IMG/VR virus record: IMGVR_UViG_3300027850_000002
Coordinates: 32,001-96,000 of that record
DNA length: 64,000 bases
Reading direction: 5' to 3' (one strand)
Origin: a virus
The notes beneath the pieces are model-generated. The model had not been told where the DNA came from. It did no database searches and saw only the letters and a list, made by a program, of their open reading frames with translations. Both the position numbers and the translations under genes were made by a program. Below, one piece after another: positions 1 through 9,868 of the stretch. The stretch's first letter is position 1, and every line of letters begins with the position of its first letter.

Positions 1-154
1 CAGGCGCGCGTTCTACGCCGGGCGGGAACATTTGTCCTCGCTGTTCGGTCGCAGGGTAGGTCGACTGCACAGCACAGCGCCCGTGACGACCTTCTTTGAC
101 GCCCCGGATGATGGGGTCGTAATTTTGACATTGAGAACAAGGTTTATCGGCCAC
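1..154 (-). CDS. Hypothetical protein, partial (runs off window), N-terminal CxxC
   Basis: Manual translation: AGGAG RBS, GTG at 154, then (M)ADKPCSQCQNYDPIIRGVKEGRHGRC..., open to the window edge. Confidence 0.6.
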   Translation of the reverse strand, partial: MADKPCSQCQNYDPIIRGVKEGRHGRCAVQSTYPATEQRGQMFPPGVERAP

Positions 155-162
155 AGAGTCTC

Positions 163-654
163 CTAGCTGGCGGTCATCATGACGACGATGCCGAAACGAC
201 GCAAGATCGGAGCTGCGAAGGACGTACGAAGTACCTTGGCGAGCGCCAGCATTCCACGGTCGAGTGGTTGCCCGATGAACCAGAGCACGGACGCATCACT
301 CTTGAGAGTAGATGCAGGTGCCCCTTCGGACGGAGCGTTCAACACGGTGTCGTTGTATCGAACGCCAATCCCCGCATCCACCAACATCGTGCTCACGCCC
401 TGCACCATGAACAAGTCTGCAACGCAGTTGGCTAGGACATCGAGCGCGTCGTTGTCGGTTTGTACACGTGTCGACGTCACATCGAACCCCACATGCTTCG
501 ACCGAATGACGTGTTTGTTTGGAATCGCCATGTCGGCGTCCCGGTCTATCTCGTCTAGGTTGATACGAGCACGTGATGATGGCTCGACGCGGACGGGTTG
601 ACGTAACGGTTCAACCGTTCGCCATGGGTCCACGATTCCGCGTTTCTTGGTCAT
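163..654 (-). CDS. Hypothetical protein
   Basis: 163 aa ORF, start overlaps the stop of the upstream gene; same strand as the block. Confidence 0.7.
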   Translation of the reverse strand: MTKKRGIVDPWRTVEPLRQPVRVEPSSRARINLDEIDRDADMAIPNKHVIRSKHVGFDVTSTRVQTDNDALDVLANCVADLFMVQGVSTMLVDAGIGVRYNDTVLNAPSEGAPASTLKSDASVLWFIGQPLDRGMLALAKVLRTSFAAPILRRFGIVVMMTAS

Positions 655-881
655 GTCGTCACTACGATGCGGCCATCGAGCCCTGGATCCACGCAGGACG
701 CATGGACGAACTCGAACTCCCCCGACATGTGAATCCCCATCTCTTGTGTTTGAGGATCTCGCGCATTCGGGTCGTAGATGATGTGTGCAGGCATGACGCG
801 ATCGCCCGCCTTGAACAACTTACGACACCGCGCGCAGGTTGTATGCGGGACCCGTTGATTGAGGGTGTTGACCGGCATCAA
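651..881 (-). CDS. Small putative zinc-binding protein
   Basis: CARC...H...HASC; ATGA overlaps on both sides. Confidence 0.7.
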   Translation of the reverse strand: MMPVNTLNQRVPHTTCARCRKLFKAGDRVMPAHIIYDPNARDPQTQEMGIHMSGEFEFVHASCVDPGLDGRIVVTT

Positions 882-1546
882 TCCTCGATGCCTTGGGCAC
901 GCAGCATGACCGCACGTACAGGTCGATAGGATTTACGATGTGCCATCGTAGGTCCACGCTTGGCCAAGAGCGCCTTGTGTTCGCGTGTTGGATACCCGCG
1001 GCTCTTGTCGAAGCCCCAGTTCGGATACTCTTTGTGCAGCTCGTCGATCCGCTTGTCATGGGTCGTCTTCGCGACGATCGACGCAGCGCCGATGTGCCAG
1101 TCGGTCCTGTCTCCGTCAGGGATACATTTGACAGGACACGGCAGGTTGGGTCGTTCGAGGTCTCCGTCGATCAAGACGAGAAAATCCTCGGGCTGGAGTG
1201 TCGGGTCGAGCGTCTTGAGCCGTTCGAGGCAGCGTGATGCTGCTAGCTTGATCGCTTCTGGAAACACTGTTCCGAAGAGCCTCGCGTCAATTTCAGCAGC
1301 GGTCTTTTCGATGATGACGACGGCAGCACAGGTCGCTTGAACGGCGATGGAGAGTGCGGCTCGGTGCGCTGGATTTTTGATGCCCTTGGAGTCGCCTGCT
1401 ACCAAGGCCTTGTCGGCGTAGACACCTTTCCACATCGAGGTAACGCGCTCCGCGTCGATCGGAAACGCGACAGCAACCACGACAAGGGGTCCAACCAGAG
1501 CCCCACATCCCGCCTCGTCCACACCGACAACATATTTGGGAATCAT
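878..1546 (-). CDS. rnhB: Ribonuclease HII
   Basis: GVDEAGCG, DSK, LIDG, IGAASIVAK, GYPT..H, HRKSY motifs; start placed at MIPKYVVGVDE. Confidence 0.92.
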   Translation of the reverse strand: MIPKYVVGVDEAGCGALVGPLVVVAVAFPIDAERVTSMWKGVYADKALVAGDSKGIKNPAHRAALSIAVQATCAAVVIIEKTAAEIDARLFGTVFPEAIKLAASRCLERLKTLDPTLQPEDFLVLIDGDLERPNLPCPVKCIPDGDRTDWHIGAASIVAKTTHDKRIDELHKEYPNWGFDKSRGYPTREHKALLAKRGPTMAHRKSYRPVRAVMLRAQGIED

Positions 1547-1692
1547 GTGACGGCCTTGATGCGTGGTTTCTTCTTGTTGAGGGACACGCGCCTGTCGCAA
1601 TTTATGCAGGCCGCAGTTTTTCCTTTACCGGTCACTCGCCACCCGCACGGGCACACGACGACCTTCGTGCCTTTGGGGCGGCCTGCCTTCAT
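1543..1692 (-). CDS. 49-aa basic protein with AT-hook-like GRPKG and zinc ribbon (not in ORF track)
   Basis: MKAGRPKGTKVVVCPCGWRVTGKGKTAACINCDRRVSLNKKKPRIKAVT; ATGA overlaps with both neighbours. Confidence 0.75.
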   Translation of the reverse strand: MKAGRPKGTKVVVCPCGWRVTGKGKTAACINCDRRVSLNKKKPRIKAVT

Positions 1693-1910
1693 GCGCTGAT
1701 CGTCCAACTCGTTTTGAAGAACTTGGCCAACTTGTGTAGATGTCGCCAGTTTAGAAGGCTCCTACCCTGTTCGATCGCCGTGTACTGCGCCCGACTGAGT
1801 TGAATGCCGGCTGCTACCTGCGCCTGCGTCAGGTTTTTGGACAAGCGTTTGTCCCGCAGTTCTTTCAACAACGTTACATACGGATCGCGGCTCATATCGG
1901 ACAGAATCAT
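1689..1910 (-). CDS. XRE-family helix-turn-helix regulator
   Basis: LRDKRLSKNLTQAQVAAGIQLSRAQYTAIEQG. Confidence 0.88.
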   Translation of the reverse strand: MILSDMSRDPYVTLLKELRDKRLSKNLTQAQVAAGIQLSRAQYTAIEQGRSLLNWRHLHKLAKFFKTSWTISA

Positions 1911-1936
1911 AGGCGTTCAGGGTTTATTGCGCAAAC

Positions 1937-4042
1937 TCACGCGGCCGTAGTGCGCCGGAAGTGCTCGACGAAACGCGGAATGAATCGTTCGCACACCGCC
2001 ATGTCTGACGTGATCGCGTTGTTCGACCACGGCAGGGCTTTGCGCACGGCGCCTCCGTAGCTCTTGTCCCAGATGCGACTGTCGAGGATCGCAACGCACC
2101 CCCGGTCGTCTTTCGTACGAATCAATCGACCAACGCCCTGACGCAAGTCGATGAGCATGTCGACAAGTTGAACGTCGTGGAAGGCGTTCTTCCCTGCGAG
2201 CCGCTCGCGCGCCTTGATGATCGGGTCGTTGTATTGCGGAAACGGAAGCTTGGCCATGATGACCAGCCGAAGTGCGCCTCCCGGAACATCGACACCTTCC
2301 CAGAACGACTTCGAACCGACGAGGATCGAATCCGGCGTCGCTTTGAACTGCTTGAGCGCCGCGTTTGGGTCACCGTCCCACGGATTCTTCCGATGGCCCT
2401 GCGCGAACGTGCGACCAGGGAAGCGTTGCTTGAGCGCTGTCGCAAATGCGTCGAGTTCATCGTTCGCCGTCGTGAGAATGAAGGCGCCACCATCCGACAG
2501 CTCCACGAGACGGACCGCCATGTCGACGCGGCTCTGCATGACCTTGGCGTAGTCTGGATTCACTCGACCGATTGCGGGCAGGTTACGAGGTACGAACACG
2601 AAGCCCTGTGCGTCGTAGTTGAATGCCGTTGGCAGAACTTCTGCCTTTGCCGGTGACAGTCCCGTCATGCTGGTCACGTGCTCGAAGTCGCCGTTGACGG
2701 CGAGCGTCGCGCTGCACACCACGATCGTTTTGATCGCCGAGAAGTACTTTCCTGCGATGCCGCCAACACTCACAGGCGCGCAGTTGATGCCGAAGCGCCC
2801 GCGGTCGTCCTGTGTTGCGTAGATCGCCGTGTTGGCGAGAATGCGCTCGCGGCGCATCGCCTGCTGTTCGGGGTCTGTGATCTCGAGGTCGGGGTCCACC
2901 ATGCCCTGCGACGTCTGCAGCCCGCGCAAGAGGGAGTCAACGCGTCGCGTCGCCTGGGTAAGGAACGCGAGGTCCTTCGCTTTGTATTCCTCACTGCGCA
3001 CCTTCTCGATTGTCATGTCGACTTCGATGCCCTTCATCTCTTCATCGAACTCAGACAGGCCGTCGTCGGGGTGGTTGTACGTCCGCTCCTCTGGCTCCGA
3101 TTCAACAGGATCGGCGTTGAGTTCGGATGTTTTCTTGGTCAGTTCGACAGCTGCAGCACGAAGTCCGTCGATAGCCGCTCGCGCTAGCGCGTCGTCGAAT
3201 ACAGGAACATCCTTGGCGCTCGCATCCTGGTAGTGCTTGTTGGGCACCGCTTCGAACATCGCTTTCCACGGCTCGAGTAGTTCGCGGATGCGAGGGAACG
3301 AACCGCTCGTGCGCTTGAGCAAATCCACCAACCCTGAGATCGAGTCCTCGCTGACCCGGTGCGTGAACGCCGAACGGATTCCTGCAGCAAGCGTGTGCGC
3401 CTCATCAATGATGAGAACGTCGTAGGGCCCGCCCACGAGTTTGCCGTGGCCGAAGTACATCTCGGCACCGAGCACGTGATGGTTGATCACGATGAGCTTG
3501 GACTGCGTGGTGTCTCGCTTGAGGCGGATGTAGCCGCAGTCGTCAAAGAAATCGCACCGTTTGCCGACACAGTCTTCGGCCGATGCAGATCCCCACCAAC
3601 GAGGCGGCATGCCTGGGTACTCAGCCCGATCGCCGTAGAGGTTTCTGCGGATGAAGTCCATGTACGGAGCGCCGCCCTCGCCGCCTTTGTCGATGATTGA
3701 AACCGCCGACATCTGGCAGGCATAGTTGCCCTTGCCCTTGAGTGGGATGGCCGTCGCGAACGGCATGTTCAGGATGCGTTTCAGCGTCGGGAAATCCTTG
3801 CCGACGATCTGGTCCTGGAGGCCCTTCTTGGCCGTTGCAACGACGACCCGGCGTCCGGCAGCCAGAAGCGCCGGCAGGAGGTACGCGTACGTTTTGCCGG
3901 TGGCAACCGGCGCCTCGCAGAAGTAGGCTCCCCCGTCACGGAGAACTTCTTCGATGGAGGCGGCCATCGAGAGCTGGGGCGGGCGCGCTTCGCGTACCAA
4001 GCCGTGTACGGGATCGGTCAGAAGGTCAGCTACCGTTCGCAT
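1937..4042 (-). CDS. dinG: DinG/YoaA-family ATP-dependent DNA helicase
   Basis: Q motif RPPQ, TGKT, KGKGNYAC plus Fe-S cysteines, DEAH, SAT, FWEGVD, KLPF, QGVGRLIR. Confidence 0.92.
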   Translation of the reverse strand: MRTVADLLTDPVHGLVREARPPQLSMAASIEEVLRDGGAYFCEAPVATGKTYAYLLPALLAAGRRVVVATAKKGLQDQIVGKDFPTLKRILNMPFATAIPLKGKGNYACQMSAVSIIDKGGEGGAPYMDFIRRNLYGDRAEYPGMPPRWWGSASAEDCVGKRCDFFDDCGYIRLKRDTTQSKLIVINHHVLGAEMYFGHGKLVGGPYDVLIIDEAHTLAAGIRSAFTHRVSEDSISGLVDLLKRTSGSFPRIRELLEPWKAMFEAVPNKHYQDASAKDVPVFDDALARAAIDGLRAAAVELTKKTSELNADPVESEPEERTYNHPDDGLSEFDEEMKGIEVDMTIEKVRSEEYKAKDLAFLTQATRRVDSLLRGLQTSQGMVDPDLEITDPEQQAMRRERILANTAIYATQDDRGRFGINCAPVSVGGIAGKYFSAIKTIVVCSATLAVNGDFEHVTSMTGLSPAKAEVLPTAFNYDAQGFVFVPRNLPAIGRVNPDYAKVMQSRVDMAVRLVELSDGGAFILTTANDELDAFATALKQRFPGRTFAQGHRKNPWDGDPNAALKQFKATPDSILVGSKSFWEGVDVPGGALRLVIMAKLPFPQYNDPIIKARERLAGKNAFHDVQLVDMLIDLRQGVGRLIRTKDDRGCVAILDSRIWDKSYGGAVRKALPWSNNAITSDMAVCERFIPRFVEHFRRTTAA

Positions 4043-4126
4043 AAGGCCTTTCAGTCTGCATTGCTTGTGGGATAAACATCAAGACGATCAGTTGCTTTCC
4101 TCGTCTGTTCCTTGTACCAAGATTCC

Positions 4127-4729
4127 ATGGCAACTACGGATGACGCTCGCATCGGTGACTTCACACGTCCTGTGGTCGATCCCCCCAAGACAGGTGCGTC
4201 GCCAACCAAGGACGCTCTCGACCGTGCAGAGCAGAATCTCGAGGACTCCGTTCAGAAAGACGAAGCCACGCTCAAGCCGATGATCTCGTACGAAGAACGG
4301 TTGAAAGAGATCGGGGTGACCAAAGCAAAGGCCGCGGAGATCATCGATGCGGTCTTGCTCAAGGGCTTCTACGCTGAAGACGTCCAGATCACGAAGTCTA
4401 TCAAGGCACGTTTCCGGACGCGGAACGCGCGCGATACTCGCCGTGCGCAAGAACAGATTGAAGCGCAGCGTCTTACGTACGACGTTCACTACAGCGAGAT
4501 GCTCGCCCGGCTCTTGCTCGCATCATCGCTTGAACGCTTCGGCGACGACAAGCTCACCCACGTCATGAAGGGCACGAAGAACGACGACGTCGAGAAAGCC
4601 TTCTTCAATCGCATGTCGTACGTCGAATCGCTGTCCGATCCTGCGATGCGCCTCCTCATCACCAAGCTTGCAAAGTTCGACCGCATGATCGGCATCGTTC
4701 TCGAGGAGGGTGCGATCGAAAATTTCTAG
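4127..4729 (+). CDS. Putative tail assembly chaperone (gpG-like)
   Basis: Lies two ORFs before the tape measure gene; ends in slippery A AAT TTC TAG. Confidence 0.7.
   Translation: MATTDDARIGDFTRPVVDPPKTGASPTKDALDRAEQNLEDSVQKDEATLKPMISYEERLKEIGVTKAKAAEIIDAVLLKGFYAEDVQITKSIKARFRTRNARDTRRAQEQIEAQRLTYDVHYSEMLARLLLASSLERFGDDKLTHVMKGTKNDDVEKAFFNRMSYVESLSDPAMRLLITKLAKFDRMIGIVLEEGAIENF
4720..4726 (+). other. -1 programmed frameshift heptamer A AAT TTC
   Basis: X XXY YYZ pattern directly before the TAG; -1 frame is open into the next ORF; GAGGAGG 10 nt upstream. Confidence 0.8.
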
Positions 4730-5115
4730 GAGGCCCGGGAGGTAACGCCCGCGCGACGTTGTACGCACGCGGCGTCGAACTCGCGCCCTACGGTTCCATC
4801 GAGGATCGCGTTCAGCGTGAGATGATCTTCCGGGAGCGCCAGGAGCGCGTGGCTCACGTGAATGCGATCGCGCAGATGATCGCGCGCGTGTTCAACGTGG
4901 ACGCTGGGAAAGCGTTCGCGGGGATCGTTTCGGAGTACGCGTCCGAGGTGTTCCAGGAGACGTACGACCCAGAGATCTTGAAGGCGAAGGTCTTCCGCCG
5001 GAAGGTTGCGCAGGCCGAGATCGTGGCCAAACGCCGACGCGACGAGGAGTTGATCCAGCGACTAAATCGGATGGGTGAGTACTACGATCGCCAAAACCCC
5101 AAGAATGCCAAGTAA
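4726..5115 (+). CDS. Frameshift extension of the tail chaperone (gpT-like part of gpGT)
   Basis: -1 frame LGGPGGNARATLYARGVEL..., only a TTG start of its own (4759). Confidence 0.7.
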   Translation, partial: LGGPGGNARATLYARGVELAPYGSIEDRVQREMIFRERQERVAHVNAIAQMIARVFNVDAGKAFAGIVSEYASEVFQETYDPEILKAKVFRRKVAQAEIVAKRRRDEELIQRLNRMGEYYDRQNPKNAK

Positions 5116-5127
5116 CTGCTTGATTCC

Positions 5128-5135
5128 CCTATAAT
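5128..5135 (+). promoter_or_regulatory. CCTATAAT candidate phage promoter
   Basis: 8 nt before the tape measure ATG; one of five copies noticed. Confidence 0.6.
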
Positions 5136-5143
5136 AACCCCAA

Positions 5144-8100
5144 ATGGCTGACCAACAGTCGAACGACACCATTCGCCAGATGATGTCGGGGTTCTCGGCG
5201 ATGCAATTCAATCTTGGATTGCTGCCGATGCCGCAAGCCCAAGCGATGGGTGGTGCAGGTTCGCAGTTCCAAGCTCCGCCGCCTCCGCCGCCGATCATGA
5301 GCCCTGGCGACTACGGGCAACAGGCGATGCAGCGACACGACGCGATGGTGCAACAGTCGCTGCAAGCTGCTCAGGTCACGCGATACCAGCCACCCCCATC
5401 GGCACCGACGCCCTCGGTCAGCGCGATGGTTGGAATGGGCGCGATGAATCCGTTCATGGCGCCGCCTGTCGGCGGTGGCTTCTCGAGTCCTGGTGGTGGC
5501 GGCGGAGGCGGTGGCTTCGGTGGTGGCGGCGGATTTGCCGGCGGTGGCACGTTTGCTAGTGGTGGATTCGCGGGTGGCGGACCGCCGCGTATGCCGTCGG
5601 TGTTCAATCCATTTGCACCAACGCACCCGACGTCTCACTTCGCGTCACCTGCGATGCGCAACCTGCAGATCATGCAGCACGCTCAGTCGTCGACGATGGG
5701 TACGATGGCTGGCGTCACCGAGGGTGTGATGGGTGTTGGCGGCGCTGTCGCCGGTGGCCTTCTCGGGTCCGCCTTCGGCCCAATGGGTACCGCTGCAGGT
5801 GCGTGGCTTGGCGGGAAGATTGGCGGCGCTGTTTCCGGGATGATGACGGGCCCCGTCACACAGGACTTCGCACGCGGTCGCCAGATTCAACAGATGACAT
5901 CACCGTTCATGGTGTCTGGACATTCAATGAATACGATGACTGGCCAAGGTATGGATGCGCATTCTGCGCGCCAGACTGCGACAGGCATTCGCAATCTTCA
6001 GCGCGATCATGACTTCGAGCGGACTGGGTTCAACACCCAGGACACCATGAAGATCATGCAGCAGTCCGGACAGCAAGGACTGCTGTCCGGTGCCCAGTCA
6101 CCCGATCAACTTGTTCAGAAGGTGAAAGACATCTCAAAGACCATCAAGGTCTTGATGAAAATCACCGGCGATCCGGATGTGCAGAGCGCCATCCAATCAC
6201 TTGGGCAAATGCGTGACATGGGTTTCCAGGGGCTCGCGGCGCAAGGCGGCGCTGTCGCGAACCGCACCGCGTTCGCGCGTATGGCCGGCGTCTCCCAAGG
6301 CCAGATGCATCAATACGGTCAGATGGGCGCGGGCATGGCGCAGGGCATGGGGCTCGCTGGCGCAACAGGTTATGGCGCGGGCATGGTCGGCGCCGCTTCT
6401 GCGAACATCGCGGTTTCCACCAGCGCACTCAACGATCTACAGCTCTCACGTGCGGGCGGCAAGGAGGGTGTCGCCCAGATCATGACGAAGGCCCAACTCG
6501 ACGCAATGGACAACAGCCCTTATCTTGCGGCGTCGTTGACGCGCGACAAGAACGGCGCGATGACGGTCGATCCGAACCTTTATCGCAAAGCTCATGGTCT
6601 TTCGTTCCAAGAAGTCTCGCAGATGGCTGCGACGAAACTTCGGGAGATTGGTGTTTCGGGCAACCTCGAGTTCGCGAACCGGATCGCAGAATTCAAGGAT
6701 CAGATTTCACAGAAGCTCGACCCGCTCGAGAAGCAGACGATGGCGTTTCGTCAGGCACAGGTCCTGGCGCAGAAGATCGGAAACGGTGCTGACCTCGCCG
6801 CGGGATTCCGTGAGATGGGTATGTCCGAGACCGAAGCCCGCACCATAGGCAAGATAGGCGAGAGTCGGAAGTTTTGGGACGGTGAAATCGAACAGCTCAA
6901 AGTCCAACGGATCACGGCGTCCGAGCAAGACTCGGCGAAGCGGGAGCAGTACCGCACACCGGGCGTGATGCTCCGAATGGATCGTGGTGTTCGCGGCTTT
7001 TTCAATGACGCCAGCGACACCGTGTCTTCTCCGTTCCGTTTGCTCTCCGAACACATGGATCGCACGAACGAGAACGAAGAGGCGGCAGGTCGCGGACTGC
7101 GTATCAATCGCTACAGCGAGCTGCAGGTCGTCAAGGACGACTCAGACCGCATGATGATGCGCGCCGCGTATCGTGACCGAGATTTCCAGCGCACCCTGAA
7201 ACAGGCGGGCTCCAACTTCATGGACGAGCAGGATGGATCACTCGGCGGTGCGTTCAAGCGGTCCGCAGGCCGGCAGTTGAACCGTATGGGTAGTTTTTTG
7301 GGTTTGTCTTCTCTCAGCAACGAGAACCGCATCACAGACATCGCGAGCCGGATCGACGGTTCGTACACCGGCTTGCATCCGTTCTCGACGTTCGGTGATC
7401 CGCAGGAAGCGATGAAACGCGTGCAAGGAGTTGTCGGCGCAGCACGCGCGTTCACAGACGCAGAATCGTTCTCTGCGGCCAAATCTGTCGCAGCCACAGC
7501 CGAGGTTGAAGCTCACATCCGCGGCATGGACGGAGACAAGATGAAGGGCGTGTCAGGCGCACAGATCATGGAGGCCGCGTCCAACAACTTCATTCGTACG
7601 TTGAAGGGCTACAAAGCCGGGACTATCAAGGGCGCGACTGCTGCATCAGAGAATGACATCCGTGAGGCTGTCATCAAGGCGGGCACCGACAACAAGATGT
7701 CGCGTGCTGAAGCCGAAGCAATGTACGAGAAGAGCAAGCACAAGTTCGGCGCCTTCATGGCGAAGGACGTCTTGGCGAGCGGCGACGAGAAGTTGATCGA
7801 GGTCGGCGCCAAGGCTCAAGAGCTTGCTTCAGAGGCAGGTACAGTCAGCCAGCTGCGTAGCCGTGAAGCGATCAGCGACGACATCAAGCTCACCGACGAG
7901 ATGCTCGGCCTCGATGACGAGAGCAGCGAGACGATGCTTGAGATCAAGGCGGTCCTCAAGCGCGGTGACGACGACGTCGTTGGATTGGCTGGCGCCCTGA
8001 ACGCGTCCAACTCCAAGGACGAGCGGACGCAGGAGTTAGGACAGCAGCTTCTCAAGAGCTATGAAGCGAAGCTCGGCGGTGACTACTCCAAGAAGAGAGC

Positions 8101-8725
8101 TGAAGCGACCGACCTCATGATGAACATGAGCGAGGACGCGAAGGACGCGCTCACCAACACGGTGACGACGACCGGAACCGTGAGTGCTGACGCGATGTCA
8201 GGCCTCATTGGCAAGAATCTGCGCAATCGGTTTGGCAAGGAGATGCTCGGCGCCGCACAGGAGGAGGCGCTCGAGAACCTCGAAGACGTGCAATCAGGAT
8301 TGAGCGGTTCGGATGACATCAAGGAGGCGCTCGGGAAGTTGTCGTTCGCGTCCATTGATGCCCTTCGTGAGAGGGGTCAGGGCGCTCGCGCGGATAAGCT
8401 CGAGAAGGCCAAGAAGGCGCTCGCTGCAGGCGGTGGCGATGCAGAGGTCGAGGACATGCTCGTCAGTGAAGCACCTAAGACCATGAAGACGGTGCATGGC
8501 GGCGGTGAAGGCGCTGCAACATCTGCAATCGACGCGCAAATTGATGCGGTGACGCGGGCACGAGACGAACTGGCCAAAAAAGGTGGCGACGCGAGCGATA
8601 CAGACATTGCGCAGGCGCAGGCGGATTCGTCAGTGCTGTTCTCGTCCTCGGTGAAGGACTTCCACGAATCGATCACGACGCTCGCGCAAGTGATCGCTCA
8701 CCCGAACTTCCAGTCGAGGAGGTGA
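5144..8725 (+). CDS. Tail tape measure protein
   Basis: 1193 aa, Ala/Gly/Gln/Met-rich helical composition, glycine-zipper segment, between chaperones and baseplate genes. Confidence 0.78.
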   Translation: MADQQSNDTIRQMMSGFSAMQFNLGLLPMPQAQAMGGAGSQFQAPPPPPPIMSPGDYGQQAMQRHDAMVQQSLQAAQVTRYQPPPSAPTPSVSAMVGMGAMNPFMAPPVGGGFSSPGGGGGGGGFGGGGGFAGGGTFASGGFAGGGPPRMPSVFNPFAPTHPTSHFASPAMRNLQIMQHAQSSTMGTMAGVTEGVMGVGGAVAGGLLGSAFGPMGTAAGAWLGGKIGGAVSGMMTGPVTQDFARGRQIQQMTSPFMVSGHSMNTMTGQGMDAHSARQTATGIRNLQRDHDFERTGFNTQDTMKIMQQSGQQGLLSGAQSPDQLVQKVKDISKTIKVLMKITGDPDVQSAIQSLGQMRDMGFQGLAAQGGAVANRTAFARMAGVSQGQMHQYGQMGAGMAQGMGLAGATGYGAGMVGAASANIAVSTSALNDLQLSRAGGKEGVAQIMTKAQLDAMDNSPYLAASLTRDKNGAMTVDPNLYRKAHGLSFQEVSQMAATKLREIGVSGNLEFANRIAEFKDQISQKLDPLEKQTMAFRQAQVLAQKIGNGADLAAGFREMGMSETEARTIGKIGESRKFWDGEIEQLKVQRITASEQDSAKREQYRTPGVMLRMDRGVRGFFNDASDTVSSPFRLLSEHMDRTNENEEAAGRGLRINRYSELQVVKDDSDRMMMRAAYRDRDFQRTLKQAGSNFMDEQDGSLGGAFKRSAGRQLNRMGSFLGLSSLSNENRITDIASRIDGSYTGLHPFSTFGDPQEAMKRVQGVVGAARAFTDAESFSAAKSVAATAEVEAHIRGMDGDKMKGVSGAQIMEAASNNFIRTLKGYKAGTIKGATAASENDIREAVIKAGTDNKMSRAEAEAMYEKSKHKFGAFMAKDVLASGDEKLIEVGAKAQELASEAGTVSQLRSREAISDDIKLTDEMLGLDDESSETMLEIKAVLKRGDDDVVGLAGALNASNSKDERTQELGQQLLKSYEAKLGGDYSKKRAEATDLMMNMSEDAKDALTNTVTTTGTVSADAMSGLIGKNLRNRFGKEMLGAAQEEALENLEDVQSGLSGSDDIKEALGKLSFASIDALRERGQGARADKLEKAKKALAAGGGDAEVEDMLVSEAPKTMKTVHGGGEGAATSAIDAQIDAVTRARDELAKKGGDASDTDIAQAQADSSVLFSSSVKDFHESITTLAQVIAHPNFQSRR

Positions 8726-8730
8726 TAACT

Positions 8731-9849
8731 ATGGCAAATCCGTTGGACTTCGGACAGTACGAGCCCGCAAACGTCAAAGGGCGCGATGCGCTCGACGACG
8801 GCACCGTCGGTGGAGCCTTCACACAGGGTCGCGTGACCAACGCGCTCGCGGCGTCGCGCGAACGCCCGTCGATGTACAACCCGGGCCAGCAGGGCGTCTT
8901 CGGGGCCAACCCGTTGATGACGCCGAAGTACGCGCGCAACAACAGCAACGGTGTTGCTCGTGATGCCGAGTACCGCGAGACGATGGCGCGGCTCTACATC
9001 TCCCTCGCGGACGTTGGTTCAACGGCCATCTCGAACTACCTCGCGGGATTGCCCGATCAGCAGACGAAGGCGCTCGCGCAGGTCTTGCTCGCCAGTAACA
9101 ACAAAGGCTCAGGCGGCACTGGCTTCATCGACTTTTTCCTGACGTCAGCCAACGAAGCGTTCCAAGAGGTGATGCAGGTCGACAAGGTCTTGGCCGACGA
9201 CTATGTGGCTTTCTACTACGGACAGAGCCCGCCGATTTTTCAGTACTCGGGCGTCCTGCTCAACTCGATGCAGGACGACCACCGATCAGGGTTTGCGCGT
9301 GCGTACCTCGAGCTACTTCGTGGAACACAACTCGCACGTCGCGGCGCACTTGCACGTCTTCGTTATGACTCGGTCATCGTGTCCGGCACGATGAACACAC
9401 ACCAGCAGGTGTTGGTCGCCGAGAACGAACTTGCGGTCCAGTTCTCTTTCACCTTCTTGGTGAAGGAATACATCATCCTGCCCAACGCGAAGTTCACGAA
9501 GATGCGTCCCGAGGACTATGTGAAGCTCGCGGCGCAGGCGGAAGTCACCAAGCTCGGACCGACGGGCGTGGCCAATGATGTGCGTGTGCGTACCATCTCA
9601 GTCACTACACCGTCGCCCGCAGGCCAGTCGATCGCAGGCTCTCCTCCGCCTACAACGGTCGTCGACACGAGTGTCAACACTATGCAGCAGCTGACCACCG
9701 CAGGGAACACCGCTAAAACCCCGCAAAGCCCGACCTCGAACATCAAAGGCACGGTTCAGACACCTCCGCCCAATCCGCCTCCGTCGTTCGCCTCTGCCAA
9801 TCCAGCCAGCAACTTTCTGGCTCCCACGCCTTCATTCGCGAGGCTCTGA
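8731..9849 (+). CDS. Putative tail/baseplate structural protein
   Basis: Strong GAGGAGGT RBS; follows tape measure; Pro/Thr-rich C-terminus. Confidence 0.6.
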   Translation: MANPLDFGQYEPANVKGRDALDDGTVGGAFTQGRVTNALAASRERPSMYNPGQQGVFGANPLMTPKYARNNSNGVARDAEYRETMARLYISLADVGSTAISNYLAGLPDQQTKALAQVLLASNNKGSGGTGFIDFFLTSANEAFQEVMQVDKVLADDYVAFYYGQSPPIFQYSGVLLNSMQDDHRSGFARAYLELLRGTQLARRGALARLRYDSVIVSGTMNTHQQVLVAENELAVQFSFTFLVKEYIILPNAKFTKMRPEDYVKLAAQAEVTKLGPTGVANDVRVRTISVTTPSPAGQSIAGSPPPTTVVDTSVNTMQQLTTAGNTAKTPQSPTSNIKGTVQTPPPNPPPSFASANPASNFLAPTPSFARL

Positions 9850-9868
9850 TCCGCGATAAGGATAGGTC

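Noticed and set aside
5470-5585. GGC/GGT-rich repeats
   Set aside because: They encode the Gly-rich stretch of the tape measure protein; not a DNA-level repeat or CRISPR array
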